A stretch of 61,802 nucleotides of DNA, filler included. It is 3 parts of 3 records of this genome, joined end to end, with 100 filler letters (N's around TTAATTAATTAA, not from the genome) between each part and the next. Parts side by side here need not be neighbours in the genome. Positions count along the whole stretch, not along the records: positions 1 to 25,850 come from SRR20825006_1345; 2 more parts are not named here. One strand, written 5' to 3'. The position numbers were made by a program, and so were the translations under genes. Positions within the stretch are counted from its first letter, which is position 1. Each line of letters starts with the position of its first letter. Of this stretch, positions 10,322 through 19,233 are shown piece after piece. The notes under the pieces are model-generated. The model ran no database searches and was not told the origin of the DNA. It was given only the letters and a program-made list of their open reading frames with translations.

Positions 10322-10879
10322 ATGGCGTCCACATTTCCACAACCTAGCTGCACCGGCGTCATTCTGGCGGGTGGTGCGTCACGCCGCATGGGTCGCGACA
10401 AAGCCACATTACCCTGGGGTGATAGCACGCTGCTCGATCATATGCGCGCCCGGCTCTTCAAGGCCGGTGTGGACCGCGTTGTCATACTCGGCAAACCGGA
10501 TGTTGAAGATGGCGTGGCCGATGAAACGCCTTTTACCGGGCCGGTCCCCGCCCTTCTGAGCTATCTGCGCGCTTCTGGCGCCGGACAGCGGCATGTTGTT
10601 GTACCTATCGATATGCCCTATCTGAGCCCAGCCCTACTCGCACCGCTTGCATCAGCTACTCGCTGGACAAGGTACGATGGTTACGTTTTCCCCTTCTCCG
10701 CCATCGGGGGTGAAATGGTTTCGGGCAGTGGTCCGCGCCTACGTGATCTGCTCCGCGCAAACAAAGCAACGCTTCTGACTGTACCGGCCTTCGCGGACAG
10801 TGCTTTCCGTAACCTCAATCATCCGGGTGATCTCCCGTCCAGCCATCCCTCTCACGCAAACGAAAGGCGCTGCCAATGA
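10322..10879 (+). CDS. mobA: Molybdenum cofactor guanylyltransferase (short, divergent)
   Basis: ILAGGASRRMGRDKA, PIDMP, FRNLNHP motifs; position in the moa operon. Confidence 0.8.
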   Translation: MASTFPQPSCTGVILAGGASRRMGRDKATLPWGDSTLLDHMRARLFKAGVDRVVILGKPDVEDGVADETPFTGPVPALLSYLRASGAGQRHVVVPIDMPYLSPALLAPLASATRWTRYDGYVFPFSAIGGEMVSGSGPRLRDLLRANKATLLTVPAFADSAFRNLNHPGDLPSSHPSHANERRCQ

Positions 10880-12153
10880 ATGCGCAAGCTCCCATCAGCT
10901 CCAAGACACTGGTTATGCAATCCTACACAGACAGCCTCACAGCTATCTGTGATACAGCGGAGGTTTTAGCACCGCACCCGGTGCCTCTCTCCGCAGCCTC
11001 AGGGAAAGTCTTGGCCTCTGACATCCGTGCATCAATCGCTGTGCCCAGTTTTGAAAATAGCGCCATGGACGGCTTCGCTTTTGCCTCCGCAGATGTAGCT
11101 GCGGCTTCGGAGAATGGGCCTGTGTCTCTTCTTGTCGTGGGCGCCAGTATTGCGGGGGATACGGCAGGCCTGTCCCATCTTGCCTCTGGACGAGCAGCAA
11201 AGATCATGACTGGCGCACCGATGCCTGACGGCGCGGACACCGTGATGCCGGTCGAAGCCGCAAGTTGGGACCACGAATACCTGACATTCACAAGCCCATA
11301 CCCGAAAGGCAGGCATGTCCGTCTTGTGGGGCAAGACATCGCGACAAACGATCTACTTCTCGGGGCTGGTACCCGAATCAAGGCTGCACATCTGCCCATG
11401 CTGTGCGCAAGTGGCGCTGCAACGGTGATGGTATTCGAAAGACCGAAGGCATGCTGGATAAGCACCGGGCAGGAAATCAGTGATGACTTCACCAAACCGC
11501 TTGCGCCCGGGCATATCTATAACGCCACTGCACTTTATGGGCAATCGGTGTGCGAGGATATGGGCGTCGAGTTTACCAGCGCCACTACGGTGCGTGACAC
11601 GCCGCAAGACTTTGCAACGGCACTTGAAACCGCACTTGAAGGGGATGCCAACATCATCTTGTCCACCGGCGGTGTATCGGCAGGGCAATATGATTTTGTA
11701 AAACCGGTGCTGGAAGATTTTGGCGCCCACATTCACGTGCACCGAGTGCGGATAAAGCCGGCGAAACCGATCCTTTTTGCAACACTGCCAGGAGGTAAAT
11801 ATTTCTTCGGTCTGCCTGGCAACCCGATCTCGACTGCGCTGGCACTCAGAGCTTTTGTGAGCCCTTTCGCTCACTTGCTTTCCGGTGTCGCGTATGAACG
11901 GCCGCTGAGGGCTCGGTTGACCAATGAGGCCCACGGCGCATCAGGCAAGACTACGTTCCTCATGGGCAAGCTCACCACAAATGAGACAGGACAACTACAC
12001 GTGACCGCCGACACAAGGCAGCAGTCTTTCCAAACCGCGCCATTTGGTCGCAGCGATGCCTGGATTGTTATCCCCGAGGGGGTGGATGCGTCAGCCAAAG
12101 GCGAGTTGGTGGACTGCATTCCCTTCACCTCAGGCATGTGTGACAGGAGTTAG
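10876..12153 (+). CDS. moeA: Molybdopterin molybdotransferase
   Basis: PSFENSAMDGFA, IMTGAPMPDGADTV, STGGVSAG.YD, GLPGNP. Confidence 0.95.
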   Translation: MNAQAPISSKTLVMQSYTDSLTAICDTAEVLAPHPVPLSAASGKVLASDIRASIAVPSFENSAMDGFAFASADVAAASENGPVSLLVVGASIAGDTAGLSHLASGRAAKIMTGAPMPDGADTVMPVEAASWDHEYLTFTSPYPKGRHVRLVGQDIATNDLLLGAGTRIKAAHLPMLCASGAATVMVFERPKACWISTGQEISDDFTKPLAPGHIYNATALYGQSVCEDMGVEFTSATTVRDTPQDFATALETALEGDANIILSTGGVSAGQYDFVKPVLEDFGAHIHVHRVRIKPAKPILFATLPGGKYFFGLPGNPISTALALRAFVSPFAHLLSGVAYERPLRARLTNEAHGASGKTTFLMGKLTTNETGQLHVTADTRQQSFQTAPFGRSDAWIVIPEGVDASAKGELVDCIPFTSGMCDRS

Positions 12154-12157
12154 GCTT

Positions 12158-13987
12158 ATGGAAACCAACACGCGTTCGAACGCATATCAGGCCTACTTCC
12201 TCGGCCCCAAGGCAGAAAACGAAGCTTGGGTCAGGGCAGAGTTCCAAGCCACTCTTGACCACTGGTTCCATTGGCGAAAACAGCTTTTCACCAATGACCC
12301 AAGTGTATCCAGCCCCGAAGATCGACGATCACCGGGTTACCTCAGAGCGAGGGAACGCATTAGTCAGGGCCTTGAGGAACTGAACGAAATGCTGAAGGCA
12401 GAGGTCCCTAAATTTCCACCGCGTTATATCGGCCATATGGTCTCGGAGCTAACGCTCCCGTCCCTACTTGGCCACTTTGCCATGCTGCTGCACAATCCCA
12501 ATAACACAAGTCGTGACGCCTCCAACATCGGCTCAAAGGTCGAGGTAGAAGTTATTGCTATGCTGGCAAAAATGCTGGGGTTCAACCCAGCCCGGGCCAC
12601 AGGCCACATAACCGGAGGCGGCACGGTTGCAAATTTCGAAGCTGTATGGCGCGCGCGCTTCCGCCAAGATCACTGGCTGAGCCTGGCACTTTATCTCGCG
12701 GAAAATCGTGGCTTAAAACTTGATCTGTTCGATGCCGCCCATATGGGCTGGAAACGCTTTGGCCAGTTGCTCTATGAACACAGTGTCCCCATCGACTCCC
12801 TAAAGGACTATAGCGCGGTGGCCAGCAACCCCTACCACTTTGGCGAACGCATGACCCGCGCTTTCGGTATGCCTTATCGTGGCCCAGTACTGCTGGTGCC
12901 GGAGAATAAGCATTTTTCCTGGACCAAGGCGGTAAATATTTTTGGTCTTGGTGAGGAGGCCTTCTGGCCTGTTCCCCTTGACGGCATGGGCAAGATGGAT
13001 GTCGCCGCTCTGCAACAGCTAATCGAAGTTGCCGAGCGCTCCAAACGCCCAATCATCATGGTCGTGAGCGTAGCCGGCACCACTGAGACCGGCGAAATTG
13101 ACCCGATAGACCAGGTGCAAGGCATCCTGAATGCCCAGAAGGAGCGCCGGGGCTGGGATATTTGGCATCATGTGGATGCGGCTTATGGTGGTTTCCTATG
13201 CACCCTCCTTCGGGGCGGTGCAAGTTCACAGGTGTTGAGCGTTTCCAACAGCGCCGCTCTCAACACGATTTCCGAGGTGCATTCGGTCACTATAGATCCG
13301 CACAAACTTGGCTATGTGCCCTATGCCTGCGGTGCCATCATCACTCGCGATCACGAAGCCTATTCCGTCTCGGGATTCGAGGCCCCATACCTCGAACGCC
13401 AACAGGAAATGCCAGACAAATGGTCTACTACTCTTGAAGGGTCACGCTCAGCAGCCGGTGCTGCTGCCACATGGCTGACTGGCAAAACGCTCGGCTTCAA
13501 CCCGAAAGGACTTGGCGCCGTGATCGAACAGACAATCCACGCCTGCCGGGCGGTGAAACAGAAGATCGAGAAAGCCATCCCTACAGCACATATCCTCACC
13601 CCGGTCGAAACAAATATCATGTGTTTCTCTCTAACCACCAAGGCTAAATCACTGCGTGAAGCTAACAGGCTCACCAGCACAGTGTTTCAGAAATTTGTCG
13701 ATTGCCCCGACTTTTCCATTTCGAAGACAACTCTTTCCATGAGCTCACATCACAAGGTTATCCAGCGTCATGTAGCCGGGTATAAAGGATCAATTGATGA
13801 TGACCATCTGGTGTTGTTGCGTTGCGTCTTCATGAACCCCTTCTGGGCAGAAGAGGAAATTAGGGAACGGCTGAGCAATGAGCTCATACATCATATCAAG
13901 GTCTGGTCCAACGACGCCGATTTACAGCAGGCAGAACAGGCTTCGCTGATGGCACGTGCCGAGAAAAACACGAAACTGGCATCATGA
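12158..13987 (+). CDS. Group II PLP-dependent decarboxylase (tyrosine decarboxylase-like, 609 aa)
   Basis: FLGPKAEN, PRYIGHM, NPNN, HVDAAYGG, SVTIDPHKLGY (PLP lysine); start moved to the ATG after AGGAG, 4 bp after the moeA stop. Confidence 0.85.
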   Translation: METNTRSNAYQAYFLGPKAENEAWVRAEFQATLDHWFHWRKQLFTNDPSVSSPEDRRSPGYLRARERISQGLEELNEMLKAEVPKFPPRYIGHMVSELTLPSLLGHFAMLLHNPNNTSRDASNIGSKVEVEVIAMLAKMLGFNPARATGHITGGGTVANFEAVWRARFRQDHWLSLALYLAENRGLKLDLFDAAHMGWKRFGQLLYEHSVPIDSLKDYSAVASNPYHFGERMTRAFGMPYRGPVLLVPENKHFSWTKAVNIFGLGEEAFWPVPLDGMGKMDVAALQQLIEVAERSKRPIIMVVSVAGTTETGEIDPIDQVQGILNAQKERRGWDIWHHVDAAYGGFLCTLLRGGASSQVLSVSNSAALNTISEVHSVTIDPHKLGYVPYACGAIITRDHEAYSVSGFEAPYLERQQEMPDKWSTTLEGSRSAAGAAATWLTGKTLGFNPKGLGAVIEQTIHACRAVKQKIEKAIPTAHILTPVETNIMCFSLTTKAKSLREANRLTSTVFQKFVDCPDFSISKTTLSMSSHHKVIQRHVAGYKGSIDDDHLVLLRCVFMNPFWAEEEIRERLSNELIHHIKVWSNDADLQQAEQASLMARAEKNTKLAS

Positions 13988-14023
13988 CACATGGTGCCAT
14001 CCATCCTCACGACAGATGGCCAG

Positions 14024-14371
14024 CTACCTGAACAACCAACCCCAATCTATCAAAGTAGGGTTGTCGATATATTTTTGTGGGTTGCTGACCACATCTTCAA
14101 GATAGCTCTTGTTCAAGCGCAGTACAGGCGCATCGCCAGCCTCAAGTCCTCGCTCTATATGGTCCATATAAACCGTCACTTCACATGTTGAAACCGGCAT
14201 GTCATCAACCAACACCAATTCAACGCCCCGGCCGGCCTGCGCTTCGCTGGCAGCCTGCCATATACGGTTATACGGAAACCGGTCGCAGCTGCGTGCCAAG
14301 GCTTCGTTACATATCTCTATATAGCGCTCGAGGTCATTCAGAGGTTTGCCGTTATCTGCTTGCTCTTCCAT
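14024..14371 (-). CDS. Hypothetical protein (115 aa)
   Basis: ATG with AAGGGAGA RBS; globular composition, ends YIDNPTLIDWGWL; FNR-like box upstream. Confidence 0.7.
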   Translation of the reverse strand: MEEQADNGKPLNDLERYIEICNEALARSCDRFPYNRIWQAASEAQAGRGVELVLVDDMPVSTCEVTVYMDHIERGLEAGDAPVLRLNKSYLEDVVSNPQKYIDNPTLIDWGWLFR

Positions 14372-14426
14372 CGGGTATTCTCCCTTCCATGCACAGCTAT
14401 CCAACCACAGCCAGCGAAAAAGGCGC

Positions 14427-14440
14427 TTGAGCAGGATCAA
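14427..14440. promoter_or_regulatory. FNR-type box (1 mismatch)
   Basis: TTGAGcaggATCAA, centred about 62 bp upstream of the 14371 start. Confidence 0.6.
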
Positions 14441-14494
14441 TTCTTGGAAACAATCTGCCCGGGGCATACAGGCACCCCGGGCAGGATAGGTTCC

Positions 14495-16873
14495 TCAATG
14501 AGAACCTCCACAAGAACCGCAGCAGATGCTGTCCGGCTGGGCCTCGTTCATAGCCAGTTGACTACCCGCTGCCACTCTCGCTGGTGTTTTATCATGAATG
14601 CCCGGCTGTATTGGCTGGCTCTCAAGCGGGCGCCGTTCACTACGGTCTAGGAGGCCCTTGATCACCTGCCATGCCACGGCGAGTGCCCCGATGATAAACA
14701 CCACATCCCCAATGGTGCGTACCCAACGCAAGGTTTCGAGCAGATTGCTCTGCATGAAGCTCTCGCTACGGGCGTACCAAAGGCCTTCCGATGCACTGGC
14801 GACAAACTGGATGATGCCAACGGGCAAGAGGCTGGTGAACAGCATGAGCACAAGCCCACCATTGAGGCCGTAGAACGCTGTTTTCATCAGTTTCTCGTCA
14901 AAAACCATTGCTGGCCGGATATAACGCAGCACCAGAATGGCAAAACCAAGCGCAAGGAAGCCGTACACACCAAAGAGAGCGGCATGTGCGTGCGTGGCCG
15001 TGGTATTGAGACCTTGGATGTAATACAGCGCAATCGGCGGATTGATCGAGAAACCAAGGACGCCAGCCCCGAGCATATTCCAGAAAGCCACAGCGACAAA
15101 GAACATAAGCGGCCACTTGAGCTGGTCCATCCAGGGCGCACGGTTCCGAAGTTTCCAATGTTCCCAGGCCTCGTGCCCGAGCACGATGAGCGGCACCACT
15201 TCAAGTGCACTGAAAGTGGCCCCCACTGCCATTACCGGTGTTGTGGTGCCGGAAAAATAGAGGTGGTGGAAAGTGCCCGGTACACCGCCCAAGAGAAAGA
15301 GCGATGCAGATGCCAACGCCGCAATCGTCGCCAGACGTTTGGAAACAAGCCCCATGCTGCTGAAGATGAAAGCGAGTGCTGCCGTGGCAAAGACCTCGAA
15401 AAAGCCTTCGACCCACAGATGAACAATCCACCAGCGCCAGTATTCCATCACTGAAATATGGGTACGCTCACCATAGAAAAAGCCAGCACCGTAAAAGAAA
15501 CCGATAGCAACGACCGACGCGGTAAAGAGCGCCAGCAGATGTTTGTCGCCCGGCTGCATAAGCGCAGGCACAATGGCCCGCATCATCAGCACAAGCCACA
15601 GCACAACGCCCGTGAACTTACCAATCTGCCACAGCCTGCCAAGGTCGACGTATTCATAGCCCTGATGGCCGAGCCAGAAGTTCCATTCCGGCGGCATCAC
15701 CTGCGCAATGGCAAGATAGTTGCCAATAAAGGACCCTGCGACCACTGCGATGAGAGCCCAGAAGAGGATATCCACGCCAAGTTTCTGGTATTTTGGGTCC
15801 TTGCCGCCATTGATAATGGGCGCCAGGAAGAGGCCCGCGGCAAGAAAACCGGTAGCGATCCAGAACAGAGCAGATTGGATGTGCCAGGTACGCACAAGGG
15901 TATAAGGGAACCATTTGGAGGTCTCAATGCCATAGAAACCCTGCCCTTCCACAGTATAGTGAGCTGTAAACCCTCCCAGGAAAACCTGAAAGACAAACAA
16001 CGCTACAACAACAAAGAGGTATTTGCCTAGCGCCCGCTGCGATGGTGTAAGCCGGAAACTGGTCAGCGGGTCTTTGGCAGGTGCGGCGGGCTCCTCTTCA
16101 TCTTGCCCACGCATGAAGGACCAGGCCCAGATGAGCCCACCAACACCAGCGATCAACAGCACCACGCTGACAATGGACCAAACGATATTCTCCGCCGTTG
16201 GCACATTACCTATCAAGGGCTCGTGCGGCCAGTTGTTGGTATAGGTTGCACCGTCCGGCGTACGCTCGGTTGACGCAGCCCATGCGGTCCAAAAGAAAAA
16301 CTCTGTCAGCCTTGCGCGGCGGTCTGCGTCCGGAAGCGTGAGCTCCTTCATAGCGTAACTTTCGCGGGTAGGCTGCAATTCGGGCGAACCACCAAACAGC
16401 CGGTCGTAATAGTCCGCGGTCCGTTCGATCGCCCGCTGGCGGCGCTGAGTGAGGACGAGCATGTCGCCTGCAGCATCATAAGTGTTGCTACGGTAGGCCT
16501 GTTTCAGCTCATACTGAAGGTTGTTCTGCTGCGCTCCCGACAGAGTTTCATAAGGCTTGCCATAGACATCCTGTGCAGCGAGCTCGAGCCAGGCCACCAG
16601 CTCACGGTGCAACCAATCAGCCGTCCAGTCCGGCGCCTGATACGCACCGTGCCCCCAAATGGAGCCAAGCTGCATGCCACCGACAGACTGCCACGCCGTT
16701 TGGCCATCAAGGATACTGTCCTTGCTCATAAGTGGTGTACCATCTTCGGTCACCACAAGGTCAGGAATAGGGGGCGCTTCCCGGTAAACCTCTCTACCGA
16801 AATATCCGAGAAAGCCGAATGTGACCACCAGTACGGAGATCAGTATCCACCATAATTTATAATATCTAGCCAT
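14495..16873 (-). CDS. norB: Quinol-dependent nitric oxide reductase (qNor)
   Basis: GSIWGHGAYQAPDW, WWIVHLWVEGFFE, GTFHHLY, HAHAALFG heme/FeB ligands; long N-terminal qNor domain; start MARYYKLWW overlaps the ytfE stop. Confidence 0.95.
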   Translation of the reverse strand: MARYYKLWWILISVLVVTFGFLGYFGREVYREAPPIPDLVVTEDGTPLMSKDSILDGQTAWQSVGGMQLGSIWGHGAYQAPDWTADWLHRELVAWLELAAQDVYGKPYETLSGAQQNNLQYELKQAYRSNTYDAAGDMLVLTQRRQRAIERTADYYDRLFGGSPELQPTRESYAMKELTLPDADRRARLTEFFFWTAWAASTERTPDGATYTNNWPHEPLIGNVPTAENIVWSIVSVVLLIAGVGGLIWAWSFMRGQDEEEPAAPAKDPLTSFRLTPSQRALGKYLFVVVALFVFQVFLGGFTAHYTVEGQGFYGIETSKWFPYTLVRTWHIQSALFWIATGFLAAGLFLAPIINGGKDPKYQKLGVDILFWALIAVVAGSFIGNYLAIAQVMPPEWNFWLGHQGYEYVDLGRLWQIGKFTGVVLWLVLMMRAIVPALMQPGDKHLLALFTASVVAIGFFYGAGFFYGERTHISVMEYWRWWIVHLWVEGFFEVFATAALAFIFSSMGLVSKRLATIAALASASLFLLGGVPGTFHHLYFSGTTTPVMAVGATFSALEVVPLIVLGHEAWEHWKLRNRAPWMDQLKWPLMFFVAVAFWNMLGAGVLGFSINPPIALYYIQGLNTTATHAHAALFGVYGFLALGFAILVLRYIRPAMVFDEKLMKTAFYGLNGGLVLMLFTSLLPVGIIQFVASASEGLWYARSESFMQSNLLETLRWVRTIGDVVFIIGALAVAWQVIKGLLDRSERRPLESQPIQPGIHDKTPARVAAGSQLAMNEAQPDSICCGSCGGSH

Positions 16874-17540
16874 GATAAGCCTCTTCCTGATAGCGCGCGA
16901 ACAGCACGTCGTTTTCAAGGTGAATATGTTCATCGAGATCGGCCTTGAAGGCTTCAAGGCCTGCGTAGAGCGCGCGCCACGTGTTGCATGCACCCCTTGG
17001 CGGGGTCAGGTTGTTCGTCAGTGTATCGATTTGCGCGACCTCGTCTCGGTGCCCCTCATGCTCCATCAGCATTACCTGGATCGGCCCCGCAGCCATCCTG
17101 CCCTGCCCACTAGCGAGCATGGGAAAGAGAATGCCCTCTTCTTTCTGCATATGCTGCTCCAGTTCCACATGCATACGGTGGAGGTGTTCAGTAAGTCCGA
17201 GAGGGCACCCAGCGCGGTCGCCGTGCACACTTTCAACGCGGTGCGCGAGGCGTTTCAGTTCTTCAAACTGCTTACGGTGAACCTTGTGGAACCGCTCAAG
17301 AACGTGCTCAATGATCTCGCTGTCTTCCGCCTGCCTCCAATCTCGTTGCTGTCCTGTCCTCAGCTTGAGCTGCTTTAGCTCTGCCTCGATCATGTGGACG
17401 TCAAGCGATGCCTTGGATGCTGCTTCCTGAAGTGTGTGTTTGCCACCACAGCAGAAACTAAGGTTATAATGGTTGAATATCGCTGTAGCGCCAGGGAGCT
17501 CCTGAGCCAACTGTGCCAGCGATGTATCCAGCAGTGTCAT
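16866..17540 (-). CDS. ytfE: Iron-sulfur cluster repair di-iron protein (RIC/YtfE/NorA)
   Basis: FCCGG N-terminal motif, HMQKEE..LFP, HIHLENDVLF hemerythrin-like ligands. Confidence 0.93.
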   Translation of the reverse strand: MTLLDTSLAQLAQELPGATAIFNHYNLSFCCGGKHTLQEAASKASLDVHMIEAELKQLKLRTGQQRDWRQAEDSEIIEHVLERFHKVHRKQFEELKRLAHRVESVHGDRAGCPLGLTEHLHRMHVELEQHMQKEEGILFPMLASGQGRMAAGPIQVMLMEHEGHRDEVAQIDTLTNNLTPPRGACNTWRALYAGLEAFKADLDEHIHLENDVLFARYQEEAYHG

Positions 17541-17610
17541 TTTCTTCTCCTTTACCCTTCATGTCCGAAGCCAAGGGCGCAGTAATTGGTGGATGTGTCT
17601 GGCCTTATAA

Positions 17611-17655
17611 AATGTATTTAACATACATCTTTAAAAGATGTAAAATATATGCATA
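17611..17655. promoter_or_regulatory. Tandem NsrR boxes in the divergent ytfE-norB / ybaN-nsrR promoter
   Basis: ATGTATttaacATACAT (17612-17628) and ATGTAAaatatATGCAT (17638-17654) match ATGYAT-N5-ATRCAT. Confidence 0.85.
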
Positions 17656-17675
17656 TTAAAAAGTCAAGAGGATAG

Positions 17676-18092
17676 ATGATGAAAAGTACGATTCGATACA
17701 TTTGGTCGCACCACCGCCGAGGCTTCTACCGCCTGCTGGCGTTTGGGAGTTTCGCTCTCGGCATCACGGGCGCTTTCCTGCCGCTTTTACCTACAACACC
17801 TTTCCTGCTACTCGGCTTCTGGGGAGCGACCCAAGCGGACTCGCGGTTCGCGCAATGGCTTGTCGCGCACCCCCGGCACGGGGCCACGATCCGGCGCTGG
17901 CAACGGGAGCACAGCCTACCCATCGCAGCCAAACGACTGGCTTGGGCTATGCTGACGGTCAATTGGGCTGTTCTCTGGTATCTGGCCACGCCATGGCCCC
18001 TGCTCACGCTGTTGGCTGCCTTGTTCTTTTCTGTTTCGGTTTATCTGTACAGATTACCAACAAGCAGCTCGTCAAAACCCGAAAGTGCCTGA
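17676..18092 (+). CDS. YbaN/DUF454 family membrane protein
   Basis: LGITGAFLPLLPTTPFLLL and WL..HP..G motifs. Confidence 0.85.
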   Translation: MMKSTIRYIWSHHRRGFYRLLAFGSFALGITGAFLPLLPTTPFLLLGFWGATQADSRFAQWLVAHPRHGATIRRWQREHSLPIAAKRLAWAMLTVNWAVLWYLATPWPLLTLLAALFFSVSVYLYRLPTSSSSKPESA

Positions 18093-18095
18093 ACT

Positions 18096-18536
18096 ATGCA
18101 TATCACCCGCTATACAGACTATTCCCTTCGTGTGCTGATGTATCTCGCAGCCAACGATGACAAACTGGCCACAATTCGGGACATTGCGGAAAGTTACGGC
18201 ATCTCCAAAAATCACCTGATGAAGATCGTTCAGCAACTGAGCGCAAAAGGGTATATTGAGGCCACACGGGGCAAGAACGGTGGTATCAGGCTGGCATCTG
18301 CACCGAAGGATATCAATATCGGCGAGCTAGTGCGGAATATAGAGCAAGGCTCACCACTTGTTGAATGCTTCGGGCAAGATAATGTTTGTATCATCACGCC
18401 GGCCTGCCAGCTAAAGAGGGTGCTTGCCGAAGCACTGGAGAGCTTTTTCGGGACGCTGGACCACTACAGCCTCGCCGACATGATCCCTCCTAAGCACAAG
18501 AGCCAATTGCAGGAGCTTCTCGGCGCCGCTTTTTGA
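18096..18536 (+). CDS. nsrR: Rrf2-family NO-responsive repressor
   Basis: MHITRYTDYSLRVLMYLA, RGKNGG, three Cys (ECF..C..PAC); adjacent to NsrR boxes and nor/ytfE. Confidence 0.9.
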   Translation: MHITRYTDYSLRVLMYLAANDDKLATIRDIAESYGISKNHLMKIVQQLSAKGYIEATRGKNGGIRLASAPKDINIGELVRNIEQGSPLVECFGQDNVCIITPACQLKRVLAEALESFFGTLDHYSLADMIPPKHKSQLQELLGAAF

Positions 18537-18726
18537 ACTCGTTGATTTTGCTCTCAGTTCTGTCTCATGGGTGCTGACGAGGAACAGGCCGTGTACAGTG
18601 TAATGGCATCTTCGACTCGACACTTTGGTCGCAGCGACAAACTCGCCAACCAACTTCCGTCCGTGCAAAAATTTTCCAGAACTTACTTAGTCGTCTGCCA
18701 CGATGGGCCGTGACATGGAGTAATAG

Positions 18727-19233
18727 ATGGCCCTTAAACGAAAAAAACACATACAGAGTCCTCAAAAGACGGTAACGATTGTAGCTAAAGACTTCCGCTT
18801 CACCCTTCACCCGATTGTTCAAAGTCACTTGAGCGCGCTGGTGGATAGTGACCCTCCGCCTAGCTGGCTTTTCAAGGATTTTGACCTTCTCCAGTCGGTA
18901 ATCATTGAAAAGCCAATTTGTGTCACACAGAGGCCCAAAATCAGTACAGATGGCCCCACTGTCGTACCGTACTTCAGTGGTTTTTCTATTGCCCGTCTTT
19001 TGGACTTTGTTCCGGTGGATTTTATGGATCGGTTGCAGATCTCACTAGCCATATATCCTAGCGCCAGTGATGATCGCATTCGATCTATCGCCACTGCTGA
19101 TGCTGTCGCACAGGCCATTTTCAATACGACTGCGACGACGCCAATCAAAGCCCTATTTCTGAGCAAAGATGCGCCTTCAAAGCCTCACCTAACTATTCCC
19201 AACGCGTTCGGCGACAACACTGAGGTTGATTAA
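18727..19233 (+). CDS. Hypothetical protein, translationally coupled to the giant recombinase
   Basis: GGAG RBS; TAATG stop/start overlap at 19231-19235. Confidence 0.6.
   Translation: MALKRKKHIQSPQKTVTIVAKDFRFTLHPIVQSHLSALVDSDPPPSWLFKDFDLLQSVIIEKPICVTQRPKISTDGPTVVPYFSGFSIARLLDFVPVDFMDRLQISLAIYPSASDDRIRSIATADAVAQAIFNTTATTPIKALFLSKDAPSKPHLTIPNAFGDNTEVD

Noticed and set aside
12044-12157. N-terminal extension of the decarboxylase overlapping moeA (similar over-long starts for narG, narK, norB, res, mod)
   Set aside because: Better RBS-supported starts lie downstream; these are longest-ORF artefacts
18537-18726. Left-end counterpart of the 24769 palindrome upstream of the recombinase pair
   Set aside because: No convincing matching repeat found by eye, so the element's boundaries are not called
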